A stretch of 64,000 nucleotides of DNA, from assembly GCA_934102215.1 (NCBI GenBank), contig CAKOSH010000003.1:59187-123186 (forward strand), read 5' to 3'. Within the stretch, counting starts at the first letter, position 1. Every line of letters begins with the position of its first letter. The notes below the pieces were generated by a model. It searched no databases. It worked only from the letters and a program-made list of their open reading frames with translations, and was not told where the DNA came from. The DNA comes from an uncultured Bacilli bacterium (GTDB lineage: Bacteria > Bacillota_I > Bacilli_A > RF39 > UBA660). Both the position numbers and the translations under genes were made by a program. This document shows, one piece after another, positions 29,669-38,533 of the stretch.

Positions 29669-31003
29669 TTAGCCGATGCGGAAAGCTGGCGCAACGCCAC
29701 ATGTAGAATAAGCATCAATATTAGAACCGCCACCATTATTATTCACTTTAAAGAAAGATTTTTCACTGATAGACACAGCCGAACGAAGGCACCATGATGA
29801 AGTACTAGTTCTATTATTTTTTATCGCTCCATTAAAATTAGTTGTAGTTACGCCTAAATTTTTATAGTAATCTAATTGTTTTGTTATATCTCTTGCTTTA
29901 TCATATTTAAATCCAAATTTCTCTGGTTCTGTAACACTAACCAATGGTGAAACTGTTAACTTAGAAATTGATTCATTCATACTATTGGAACTTGATACTA
30001 CATCTGCCCTTACTTCTGCTGTGCTTAATAAATATAATTTATCTGTTGATGTAAAGTTTGTTGTGTCTTCGCTTCCAGGTCCTGATACTACTGTTGTATC
30101 TATTATTGCATTCTTTATTTCACTTGGTATTACATTATATATATCATTATTTACAAATGTTCTCATTGTTGTTGCTGGCCAGCCATCCTTATTCCAACCA
30201 TAATTATATTGTGTTCCATTATATTCTCCACTTGGATTCATATTATGTGTTGTTATGATATTTGCAAATTCTAGTACAAATCCACATGCTGTTTGTGAAA
30301 AACCTGTTGTACTACATTCACTTGGTGTTGAAGTATTTGCTACGCGAAGTGTATGTGTTCCATATGTTCCAAGATTTACTTCTTTTGTACTTCCAACTTT
30401 ATACTCACTTCCATACCCAGCTTTTACATTTGCTATAATTGTTGACCAACTATCAGTTGCAAAATCAGGAGCCTTATATTCTTCAATGCCAAGTACACCA
30501 TTGAATTGTTTACCTTGATTATAATTTTGGTCTGCATTTATTTCTTTAAATAATATTGTAAATGTATATTTATGAGTAATTCCTGATTCTATTGATATTT
30601 TCTTTGCGATTGTCATATCACTAATTGGTGATTGTGATATAGATTCACATGTTCCTTCAACTGTACCTGATGCATTTAATCTTTGACATGTCGCGCTTAA
30701 AACAAGTTCATCATTTGTAATTCCATTTGTTAGTGATTGCCAAATAACATTGTAATATGCATCTAATGTACCATTATTTTTTACTGATACTTCTTTTGTT
30801 GTTGACCATCCTGGTTTTATATATTGTGCATTTATTGCTGGTCCATCAGTATATGTAAGTTTTAGTGTTCCAGCTTCCACTATTACATCTTTTGCATTAT
30901 CATTTCCTTTTACAGCAGTACTAAAGTACGCATAAGAAAGACCTGTTGTTAAAAGCAATAACAATACAAGAAACGTTCCAATTAAAATTTTGTTATCTTT
31001 CAT
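29669..31003 (-). CDS. Secreted protein: TasA/CalY-like N-terminal domain plus Cys/Trp-rich C-terminal domain ending ...GVAPAFRIG (paralog of 10456..11682)
   Basis: LSYAYFSTAVKGNDNAKDVIVEAGTLKLTYTD..KPGWSTTKEVSVKNNGTLD N-domain; C-terminal blocks GFSQTACGFVLEFANIITTHNMN, GWPATTMRTFVNNDIYN, KLYLLSTAEV, QLDYYKNLGVTT shared with 10456..11682. Confidence 0.75.
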   Translation of the reverse strand: MKDNKILIGTFLVLLLLLTTGLSYAYFSTAVKGNDNAKDVIVEAGTLKLTYTDGPAINAQYIKPGWSTTKEVSVKNNGTLDAYYNVIWQSLTNGITNDELVLSATCQRLNASGTVEGTCESISQSPISDMTIAKKISIESGITHKYTFTILFKEINADQNYNQGKQFNGVLGIEEYKAPDFATDSWSTIIANVKAGYGSEYKVGSTKEVNLGTYGTHTLRVANTSTPSECSTTGFSQTACGFVLEFANIITTHNMNPSGEYNGTQYNYGWNKDGWPATTMRTFVNNDIYNVIPSEIKNAIIDTTVVSGPGSEDTTNFTSTDKLYLLSTAEVRADVVSSSNSMNESISKLTVSPLVSVTEPEKFGFKYDKARDITKQLDYYKNLGVTTTNFNGAIKNNRTSTSSWCLRSAVSISEKSFFKVNNNGGGSNIDAYSTCGVAPAFRIG

Positions 31004-31024
31004 AATTTATCTACCCTACTTTCA

Positions 31025-31064
31025 TTAGTAAGTATAGCATAAATTACCCCCCCGCAAGCGAACA
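31025..31064 (-). promoter_or_regulatory. Conserved promoter cassette with G7 tract (TCGCTTGC-GGGGGGG-TAATTTA-TGCTATACT)
   Basis: Extended -10 TGCTATACT at 31031-31039, poly-C 31047-31053 (plus strand); third copy of the cassette. Confidence 0.6.
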
Positions 31065-31312
31065 TTTATTCTTGTTTAAGAAGCAAAATGTAGATTGACG
31101 ATTTATTTGATCCAACTTTTGACGAATTATTTGGACCAATTCAAATATTTTTAACTTTTTGAAATTTTCTTAAAATTTAATTTTGCATATTAAAACATGG
31201 TTGATAATTGAATTTTTGCCTAGAGAATAATTAAATTTTCACTATGAAAAACTACCTCAAAATTGAATTTTACCTATTTGCATTGCATTTTTATATATGC
31301 TATTCTACATTC

Positions 31313-31550
31313 GAAGTGCCTGAGGCTAGGTGTCACCAATATTAATTTTCTGTATCCAGAGATCTAATGGAGGTGATGTTATATGAGTAAGAAAGATTTC
31401 TTAATAAGTTTTTTACTTGTTATTATATTCGTATTACTTTTTATAATAATTTCTTTAATTTTCGCAAATTAAAAAAATCACCTAACTCACTTTGTAGTTA
31501 GGTAAACATATTACATGTGATACCTAGCCTACAGGGGTCAGGTGCTTCAC
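31313..31550 (+). ncRNA. Structured mRNA: 5' element (31313-31337) and 3' element (31517-31550) form a roughly 24-bp long-range duplex around the small ORF; internal hairpin 31479-31501
   Basis: 5' GAAGUGCCUGA pairs with 3' UCAGGUGCUUC (11 bp, two G-U); 5' GGCUAGGUGUCAC pairs with 3' GUGAUACCUAGCC (13 bp). Candidate promoter TTGCAT-N17-TATTCT at about 31279-31306. Confidence 0.5.
31383..31472 (+). CDS. 29-aa hydrophobic peptide MSKKDFLISFLLVIIFVLLFIIISLIFAN (candidate type I toxin)
   Basis: Strong RBS GGAGGTG 7 nt before ATG; single TM helix with short charged N-terminus; flanked by complementary GC-rich 5' and 3' UTR elements. Confidence 0.5.
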   Translation: MSKKDFLISFLLVIIFVLLFIIISLIFAN

Positions 31551-31589
31551 TAATAATAGTTTATCATATTTAAATATACATTGTAAATA

Positions 31590-31622
31590 ATTTATCAAAA
31601 GAAAAAGCACTATTTCTAGTGC
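31590..31622 (-). terminator. Rho-independent terminator after the 31628..32035 gene (GCACTA-GAAA-TAGTGC plus TTTTTCTTTT)
   Basis: 6-bp stem, 4-nt loop, U-tract on minus strand. Confidence 0.55.
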
Positions 31623-31627
31623 AATAT

Positions 31628-32035
31628 TTATGCTATACAAGACATATCAAACTTAAATATTGTTCCTATTAAATTTAATATCAATGGGAAGAAGCAAATT
31701 ACTGCTAAAATGATTGCCATCTTTACACATTTATCAAATGCTTTTTTAAGAGCACTTGCATCTTTTGATATTACCGCTGGTATTAATTGTAACATACCAT
31801 TTACTATTGCAATAATAGCGCCACCTATTCTAACTACTGTAATGCCAAGTTTAACAAATTCAGTAAGTGTTGGACCAAGTATATCACTACAACTTTGCTC
31901 TCCATCTCCAAAACCAGTTATTGTTGGTGAATCAGCAAGTATATAAATATTGTTATTTGCTTTTTCTATACTGCTTGCATTTACATTTAAAATTCCTATT
32001 AAAAATAATAATATTATCATTAAAACTTTCTTCAT
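31628..32035 (-). CDS. Small secreted/membrane protein (signal peptide plus two hydrophobic helices)
   Basis: MKKVLMIILLFLIGILNVNASS signal; two hydrophobic segments; topology reminiscent of VirB2/TrbC-type pilins or bacteriocin-associated membrane proteins; no sequence match claimed. Confidence 0.35.
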   Translation of the reverse strand: MKKVLMIILLFLIGILNVNASSIEKANNNIYILADSPTITGFGDGEQSCSDILGPTLTEFVKLGITVVRIGGAIIAIVNGMLQLIPAVISKDASALKKAFDKCVKMAIILAVICFFPLILNLIGTIFKFDMSCIA

Positions 32036-32147
32036 AATATACCCCTTTAATGCGGTATATTATATCACTTTTAATATAATTTGTCAATTTACACTCTAAA
32101 GTATAATATATAGAAAAATAATGTCATTTATAGTATAATGTATGTAG

Positions 32148-32699
32148 GTGGTGTGCATTATGAATATTACATCTATAGATAATTCTACTTATAAAAATAG
32201 AGGTATGTTTCTTGAAAATATATTGAATGATTCAAACACATATTATAATAATATTGAAAAATGTTTAATATATAAAAAGCCTACACCTATTAAAGTACTT
32301 AATGTTAGTTATCCTACTAACAACTCACATTTGATAAATAAAGCAGTTTATTCTAGTATTTCAACACTTGATTATAATGGTATATATAGAGAAAAATATA
32401 TTGAATTTGATGCGAAAGAATGTCATTCTAAAACATCTTTTCCACTTAACAATGTTAAAGAACATCAAATACTTCATATAAGAAGAGTTATCAGGCAAAA
32501 AGGAATTGTGTTTTTGATAATATTTATGAATAATGAATTTTATTTGTTTAAAGGTGAAGATTTAATTGATTTTATAGATAATAATGAAAGGAAATCTATA
32601 GAATATAATTATATTAAGGAAAAAGGATATAAAATAAGTGAAAGTTATACACCAAGACTTAAGTATTTAGATGCAGTTGATAAGGCTTATTTTAATTAA
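32148..32699 (+). CDS. recU: Holliday junction resolvase RecU
   Basis: GMFLENILNDSNTYY..LIYKKPTPIKVLNVSYP..DYNGIYREKYIEFDAKEC..SFPLNNVKEHQILH matches RecU conserved blocks; classic recU-ponA arrangement. Confidence 0.85.
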   Translation: MVCIMNITSIDNSTYKNRGMFLENILNDSNTYYNNIEKCLIYKKPTPIKVLNVSYPTNNSHLINKAVYSSISTLDYNGIYREKYIEFDAKECHSKTSFPLNNVKEHQILHIRRVIRQKGIVFLIIFMNNEFYLFKGEDLIDFIDNNERKSIEYNYIKEKGYKISESYTPRLKYLDAVDKAYFN

Positions 32700-32712
32700 A
32701 GGAAGGAATTTT

Positions 32713-35472
32713 ATGAAAAAATTTAGAAAGAAAAAAGATAATGTTGATGGTGAAAGTACTCCTAAAAAGAAACGTAGATTTAGATTTGGATATTGGTTAC
32801 TTGTATTTATACTGACATGTGGTTTGCTTTGTTTTATGGCTGGTATTGGATTTTGCTACTACATTGTAAAGAGTGCTCCAGAGTTTGATAAAAATAATAT
32901 GTTTGAGAAAGAATCAACAAGAATATTTGATGCTGATGGAAATATATATGCCACTCTTGGTAGTGAAAAAAGAGAAAAAGTTAGTTATGATGAACTTCCT
33001 CAAGTATTAATTGATGCGATTATAGCAACTGAAGACTCAAGATTCTTTCAACATAATGGATTTGATGCTCCTAGATTCTTAAAAGCATCAATTAGTCAAG
33101 TACTTGGTCGTGGAGGTGGTGGTGCTTCTACCCTAACAATGCAACTTTCAAAATTAGAATACACAGATTTTGAAGATCAAGGTATAAAAGGTATCATTAG
33201 AAAATTTACTGATATATATATGGCTGTATTTAAACTTGAAAAAGCATTTACTAAAGAAGAAATAATTGAATATTATGTAAATATTCCTTGTATGGGTGGT
33301 AATATTTATGGAGTTCAACAAGCTAGTCAATATTATTTTGGTAAAGATGTTGGCGATATTAATTTAGTTGAAGCAGCAATGATAGCTGGTATGTTTCAAT
33401 CACCTAATGGATATAACGCTTATATAAATCCTAATGATGCAAATGCTAGAAAAAATACAGTTCTTTACTTAATGAAAAGACATGGATATATAACAGATGA
33501 TGAATATAAAGCTGGTACATCAGTTGAAATAAAGGATTTCTTAGATGAAGGTGTATCAAGTACAAATGAATATATTGGATTTATTGATACAGTTGTTGCT
33601 GATGTAATTGAGAAAACTGGTCATAATCCATATGATGTTCCAATGGACATATATACAACTATGAGAAAAGATAAACAAGATGTTATAAATAATTTTTATA
33701 AGACTTATAAATTTAAAGATAGTAAGATTCAAGTTGGCGTTGCGGTTGTTGATGTTAAAACTGGTGCTTTAATTGCTGTTGGTGCTGGTAGAAATAAGAA
33801 AGGCGCTAATACTCTTAACCTTGCTACATTTGATTATCAAACTAAGAGACACCCTGGTAGTACAATTAAACCTATTCTTGATTATGGTCCTGCTATTGAA
33901 TATGAAAACTTAAGTACTTATGGTCCATTTATTGATGAAAAAACTCCTTATGGAAGTGGATACATGAGAAACTTTAATGGTAAATATAAGGGATTTATGA
34001 CAATGAGAGATTGCTTAAAGAACTCTGTTAACACATGTGCTTTACAAGCATTTAATATGACTACTAATGAACAAAAGATGGAATTTATGACAAATCTTGG
34101 TGTACAACCTGAAGAAGGAATTACTAAACTTCCTCAATCATATTCAGTTGGAGCATTTAATACTGCTACTCCTGAAATACTAGCTGGTGCTTATGCAGCA
34201 TTTGGTAATGGTGGATATTACACTAAACCTTATTCTTTTACTAAAATTGTATATCGTGAAAGTGAAGAAGAATATACTCCTGAAATTGAAAGAAAAAGAG
34301 TTATGAAAGAGCAAACTGCTTACATATTATCAACTGTATTAACTGGGGTTACTACTTCAAGACTTAAAGTAAGTGGTACACAAGTTGCTACTAAAACTGG
34401 TACTAGTAGTTATGATACAGCTCTTCTTAAAACATATGGTCTTAGTAGTCAAGTAATACCTGATTCATGGACATCAAGTTATACAACTGATTATGCTATG
34501 GCAATATGGTATGGTTATCCAGAGGGTCTTACAAAAGACAATGTTAAAAATAAATATTATATGAGAATGGATCATGCTAGTAACGAAAGATTAAAAATAC
34601 AAGCTGCTCTTGGAAATAAAATATATGAAAAGAATGCCAAATTTAAAAATCCGGGTGGACTTACTACTACAGAAGTTGAACTTGAAACAATACCTGCTCA
34701 AAAACCAAGTGCTTATACACCAAGCAAACTTAAAAATAGTTTCATATTTATAAGTGGTACAGAACCTAGTGAAGTATCAAATAGATTTTCTAAACTTACT
34801 GATCCTACTCCTGGAACATATTCAATTACTGGTAAGAGATTGACAGTTAGTTGGAATTCTCCTGGTACTCCTGATGCGATTAGTGAAACATATTTAACTG
34901 ATTATTTCAATAAAGGATATACAATATGGGCTGAAGATTATTTAAAAAAGAGAATTAGTTATAATAATTCTAATATTGGAGAATTTGGATTTGCTGTTTA
35001 CTTAACTTCAGGTACAAGTTCTACGTATGTTGGATTTACTAAAGATACTTCAATGGAAATAGATTTAAATAAATATCGTGGAACATTTGATGGTGTTATT
35101 ATTAAGAGTATGTATTCTATATTTAAGAATAATGCTTCTGATGGAATAAAGATATCATTTAATGTTACTGGTAATGAGGATAAAGTATTTGATGTTTCAA
35201 TAAATGATTCTGCAAAGACACTTAATTTAAATGATAAATATAGTTATCTTGATAGTTCTTCAGTAAGTACGATTATGTTAAATGGTGTTGATGTTAAAAA
35301 TGTAGTTAACGATTTAACAGTTAGTTATTCTTCAATAAGTGGTAATGGTGGTCCTACAATTAATAACTTTACTGCTACTGCTGGAACTTATAAAATCACT
35401 TACACTGTTACATTTAAATATGAAGGAGAAACATATAGTAAAAAAGTTACACAAACTGTGACTGTGAAATAA
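32713..35472 (+). CDS. ponA: Class A penicillin-binding protein (PBP1A/1B; glycosyltransferase plus transpeptidase) with about 250-aa C-terminal Ig-like extension
   Basis: GT51 motifs (EDSRFFQHNGFD, GGSTLTMQL), transpeptidase STIKP, SxN, KTG(T). AAGGAAGG RBS 7 nt before ATG at 32713; ORF track start is upstream. Confidence 0.9.
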   Translation: MKKFRKKKDNVDGESTPKKKRRFRFGYWLLVFILTCGLLCFMAGIGFCYYIVKSAPEFDKNNMFEKESTRIFDADGNIYATLGSEKREKVSYDELPQVLIDAIIATEDSRFFQHNGFDAPRFLKASISQVLGRGGGGASTLTMQLSKLEYTDFEDQGIKGIIRKFTDIYMAVFKLEKAFTKEEIIEYYVNIPCMGGNIYGVQQASQYYFGKDVGDINLVEAAMIAGMFQSPNGYNAYINPNDANARKNTVLYLMKRHGYITDDEYKAGTSVEIKDFLDEGVSSTNEYIGFIDTVVADVIEKTGHNPYDVPMDIYTTMRKDKQDVINNFYKTYKFKDSKIQVGVAVVDVKTGALIAVGAGRNKKGANTLNLATFDYQTKRHPGSTIKPILDYGPAIEYENLSTYGPFIDEKTPYGSGYMRNFNGKYKGFMTMRDCLKNSVNTCALQAFNMTTNEQKMEFMTNLGVQPEEGITKLPQSYSVGAFNTATPEILAGAYAAFGNGGYYTKPYSFTKIVYRESEEEYTPEIERKRVMKEQTAYILSTVLTGVTTSRLKVSGTQVATKTGTSSYDTALLKTYGLSSQVIPDSWTSSYTTDYAMAIWYGYPEGLTKDNVKNKYYMRMDHASNERLKIQAALGNKIYEKNAKFKNPGGLTTTEVELETIPAQKPSAYTPSKLKNSFIFISGTEPSEVSNRFSKLTDPTPGTYSITGKRLTVSWNSPGTPDAISETYLTDYFNKGYTIWAEDYLKKRISYNNSNIGEFGFAVYLTSGTSSTYVGFTKDTSMEIDLNKYRGTFDGVIIKSMYSIFKNNASDGIKISFNVTGNEDKVFDVSINDSAKTLNLNDKYSYLDSSSVSTIMLNGVDVKNVVNDLTVSYSSISGNGGPTINNFTATAGTYKITYTVTFKYEGETYSKKVTQTVTVK

Positions 35473-35486
35473 ACATGATAATAATG

Positions 35487-35522
35487 AAAAAGAGATGAAT
35501 TGATATTGTTCATCTCTTTTAT
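35487..35522 (+). terminator. Rho-independent terminator after ponA (AAAGAGATGAA...TTCATCTCTTT plus TT)
   Basis: 11-bp stem directly after the ponA stop. Confidence 0.6.
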
Positions 35523-35665
35523 GTGATTTAATATATGATAGTATTTTATAAATTTTATTTTAAATAATTGGTTCTTTGCTTTAAATACTTATTCTTTTAA
35601 AACTTTTTGTTAGTTTTATTTCTTGTCTAGTATTATATTTTGATTTGGTGTACTCATTTTTTATT

Positions 35666-36292
35666 TTATTTAATTTCTTTGTATTTACACATACCTTTTA
35701 AATTACAATTATTACATTTGGGATTTTTACTGGTACATATATATCTTCCAAATAAAACCATTTGTGAATTTATTCTATTCCATGTGTTTTCATTAAAATA
35801 TTTTTCAAGTTTGATTTCTGTTTTTAAGACATCATCTTTTGAAGTAGTTATTCCAAACCTTTTTGATATTCTATAAACATGTGTATCTACTGCAAAAGAT
35901 GGTACATCAAATAGCATTCCTAGTACCACACTTGCAGTTTTTCTGCCTACTCCACTTAGACTCTCTAAAAATTTTCTATCATTAGGAACGTATCCTATTT
36001 CTTTGATTTTTGTTACAATCTCTTTAAAATATTTAGACTTTGTTTTATGAAATCCTATTCTTCTTATGTAATTATCTATTTCTTCTATAGAAAGTGTATC
36101 TAATTTATCAAGTGTATCATATTTTTTATATAGTTCTTTTGTTACAGTATTTACACTTTTATCTGTTGTTTGAGCAGATAACATAACTGATAATAATAAT
36201 TCATAATCTTTTGAATATTCTAATTCGCATTTTGGATTATTAAAGTGTCTATCTAATTCTTTTATTATTAATTCTTTATTCATTTTCATCAA
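35666..36292 (-). CDS. nth: Endonuclease III
   Basis: HhH-GPD motif LSGVGRKTASVVL, C-terminal 4Fe-4S Cys cluster C-x6-C-x2-C-x5-C. Confidence 0.9.
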   Translation of the reverse strand: MMKMNKELIIKELDRHFNNPKCELEYSKDYELLLSVMLSAQTTDKSVNTVTKELYKKYDTLDKLDTLSIEEIDNYIRRIGFHKTKSKYFKEIVTKIKEIGYVPNDRKFLESLSGVGRKTASVVLGMLFDVPSFAVDTHVYRISKRFGITTSKDDVLKTEIKLEKYFNENTWNRINSQMVLFGRYICTSKNPKCNNCNLKGMCKYKEIK

Positions 36293-36887
36293 ACCATTCG
36301 AAATCTAATATATCTTCTTCGTGTATATCTTTTTTATTATCTTCTTTTATCTTGTTTTTTATGCCTTTTTTAGTCCATTCGTATATTATCTTGTCAATGT
36401 ATTTAAAGTTTCTGACGTTATTTAATACAGCTTCTTTTAAAGCTTTTTTGATAGTTTCTTCTTCTACTCCTTTTTCTAACCATTTATTTATCATTTCATA
36501 TTCGAAACTACTTAATGTACGACCAAGTTCACTTTCAAACATAGTATATATGTCTTTTGATTCTATTTTATCAGTTTTCTTATTAAGAGCAAGTCTATCA
36601 TATAGTGGATCTAGTTTTATTTGTTCAATCACTTCTCCATTATTATTTGTAACAACCATTTCGATATATTTTTTATTAATAAGACTTGTGAATGTGTTAA
36701 ATATTTTTTCTTCATCAAAGCCTAGTTTTTCTTTAATATCATCTGTGTTTAAGAATGAACTTATGTTGATGAAATATAATACAAGCAAAAATTCATCTAA
36801 TGTGATGTCAATTGTGCTTATGCATTTGACTATATTAGAATTGATAACGAAATCTCTACTTGTAAAAATATTTCTTAAATCACTCAT
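36276..36887 (-). CDS. dnaD: DnaD-domain replication initiation/membrane attachment protein
   Basis: C-terminal DDBH2-like block EYEMINKWLEKG...YIDKIIYEWTKKGI; conserved dnaD-nth neighbourhood as in Bacillus. Confidence 0.65.
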   Translation of the reverse strand: MSDLRNIFTSRDFVINSNIVKCISTIDITLDEFLLVLYFINISSFLNTDDIKEKLGFDEEKIFNTFTSLINKKYIEMVVTNNNGEVIEQIKLDPLYDRLALNKKTDKIESKDIYTMFESELGRTLSSFEYEMINKWLEKGVEEETIKKALKEAVLNNVRNFKYIDKIIYEWTKKGIKNKIKEDNKKDIHEEDILDFEWFDENE

Positions 36888-37956
36888 ATCTATTATTTAT
36901 TATAAACCTTTCTATTTCATCATGATCATTTAATAGAGAGCCTGATATTATTGCTTTCTCTATTTTCTTGAACATTGTTTTTGTTTTTGATATGCCAACT
37001 AGTGTTGAAATTTCATATATATCAAAATTTATATCTATTATACTATGTAATTTTGTAATTTCTAGTATTTTTTTCACTTTCGAATCAATATTTAGAAGTG
37101 AGGCAGCATTTTTTATGATGTCTTCGTTGTAATTTTTTACATCTTCTATTGTGATGTCGCCATTTGATACTAGTTTATTTATGTATTTAATGTTGTATGT
37201 TTCTTTTCGTGTAAGTGGGAGTTTTGTATTTAATTGAGACCATATTCCATAGTAGTTGTACGATGGTTGAATGTTTGTAAATTCTATATTTAAATATTTA
37301 TTTAGTTTGAATTTTTGTACGATATCGAAGAATTTTATATAGTTTCCACTTGTGAATATTTTATCAAGTTCTTTTTTGATATATTCTTTTGGTATTTGAT
37401 TTAGATATTTGCCATTCTTTTTTAGAAATTTTTCTATGTCTTTTGATAACGTAAAATCTAGTGTGCATGCGAAGCGAATAGCTCTTATAATACGTGTTTT
37501 GTCTTCTTTTAATCTCGTTTCCGTATCACCTACTACTTTTATAATCTTTTTGTCTAGATCTTTTTTAGCATGCATTACATCTATCAATTTTCCATCTTTG
37601 TCTATAGCTAATGTATTAATTGTAAAATCTCTTCTTTTTAAATCTTCTTTTAGTGTTTGTGCATATTCTATTTTGTATGGTTTATTATTTTTGTATTTCA
37701 ATTCTTTTCTATATGATGTTATGTCGTATGTGTAGTCTTGTTCTTTTATATGGTAGCTGTAGTAGTTTGGATAAGACTTTCCTTTTTCTTTAAATATTCT
37801 TTCTATATCTTCTATTTTTGCATTTGTACATATATCTATGTCTTTTGACTCATATGAAAGAAGGTAGTCTCGAACGTAGCCACCCACTATGAAACATTCA
37901 TATCCAGCTTTTGTTAATTCCTCTATTATATTATTCATACATATATTATAAAACAT
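36880..37956 (-). CDS. cca: CCA-adding tRNA nucleotidyltransferase
   Basis: Pol-beta head motif GGYVRDYLL...DIDI and RRDFTINTLA. Confidence 0.8.
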   Translation of the reverse strand: MFYNICMNNIIEELTKAGYECFIVGGYVRDYLLSYESKDIDICTNAKIEDIERIFKEKGKSYPNYYSYHIKEQDYTYDITSYRKELKYKNNKPYKIEYAQTLKEDLKRRDFTINTLAIDKDGKLIDVMHAKKDLDKKIIKVVGDTETRLKEDKTRIIRAIRFACTLDFTLSKDIEKFLKKNGKYLNQIPKEYIKKELDKIFTSGNYIKFFDIVQKFKLNKYLNIEFTNIQPSYNYYGIWSQLNTKLPLTRKETYNIKYINKLVSNGDITIEDVKNYNEDIIKNAASLLNIDSKVKKILEITKLHSIIDINFDIYEISTLVGISKTKTMFKKIEKAIISGSLLNDHDEIERFIINNRYE

Positions 37957-37995
37957 TTTGTCAAAATAAAAAAGCCATTAATGGCTCTTTTATAA

Positions 37996-38268
37996 TTAAT
38001 TTAAAGCGTCTTTTAATTTGCTTCCAGCTTTGAAAGTAGCAGCAACCTTTGCAGGAATCTTAATAGTTTCCTTTGTAGCAGGATTGATACCTTCTCTTGC
38101 AGGTCTTTTCTTAGCTGCAAAAGTTCCAAAACCAACTAATGAAACTTTTCCATCCTTTTTAAGACCAGCAGTAACGCCTTCGATTGTAGCTTCTAATGCT
38201 CTTTGTGCATCAGCTTTAGTAAGTCCAGCTTTTGCAGCAATAAATTCTACTAATTCAGTTTTACTCAT
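37996..38268 (-). CDS. hup: DNA-binding protein HU
   Basis: MSKTELVEFIAAKAGLTKADAQRALEATIEGVT...GFGTF...R.ARNP.T; 90 aa. Gene is markedly GC-richer than surroundings (codon bias). Confidence 0.9.
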   Translation of the reverse strand: MSKTELVEFIAAKAGLTKADAQRALEATIEGVTAGLKKDGKVSLVGFGTFAAKKRPAREGINPATKETIKIPAKVAATFKAGSKLKDALN

Positions 38269-38533
38269 CGTAAATTACCTCCCATTATTAATATTAGCAC
38301 TGTATATATTCTTCATACGATGCTTACATATTAATTGTAGCATAACTCACTAAAAATGCAAGCAATTTGATAAAATTTTTACATTGAGATACTCAAAAAA
38401 GTAAAATTTTCGCTAATTTCAGCTACTTTCTGCTTCATTGACACTCTTACGAGTCTTCTCTGCAGACTTAAATTCCGATAATTGATACCGTACATATTTT
38501 TATTTTTTGATATTGTTTAAATTCTTGTAATTA

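Noticed and set aside
31300-31550. GC-rich segments considered as a possible tRNA, riboswitch aptamer or MITE-like inverted repeat
   Set aside because: No cloverleaf, no GTTCRANYC T-loop, and no known riboswitch consensus. The two segments are complementary to each other across a strongly RBS-led small ORF, which fits a 5'-3' mRNA duplex better; a small mobile element is not excluded.
37996-38268. HU gene (and to a lesser extent the CotZ-like gene) is much GC-richer than its surroundings; considered horizontal transfer
   Set aside because: For hup this is best explained by strong codon bias of a very highly expressed gene (Ala/Gly/Lys-rich, GCN/GGN codons) and its conserved chromosomal context; for the coat gene by Cys/Gly codon content.
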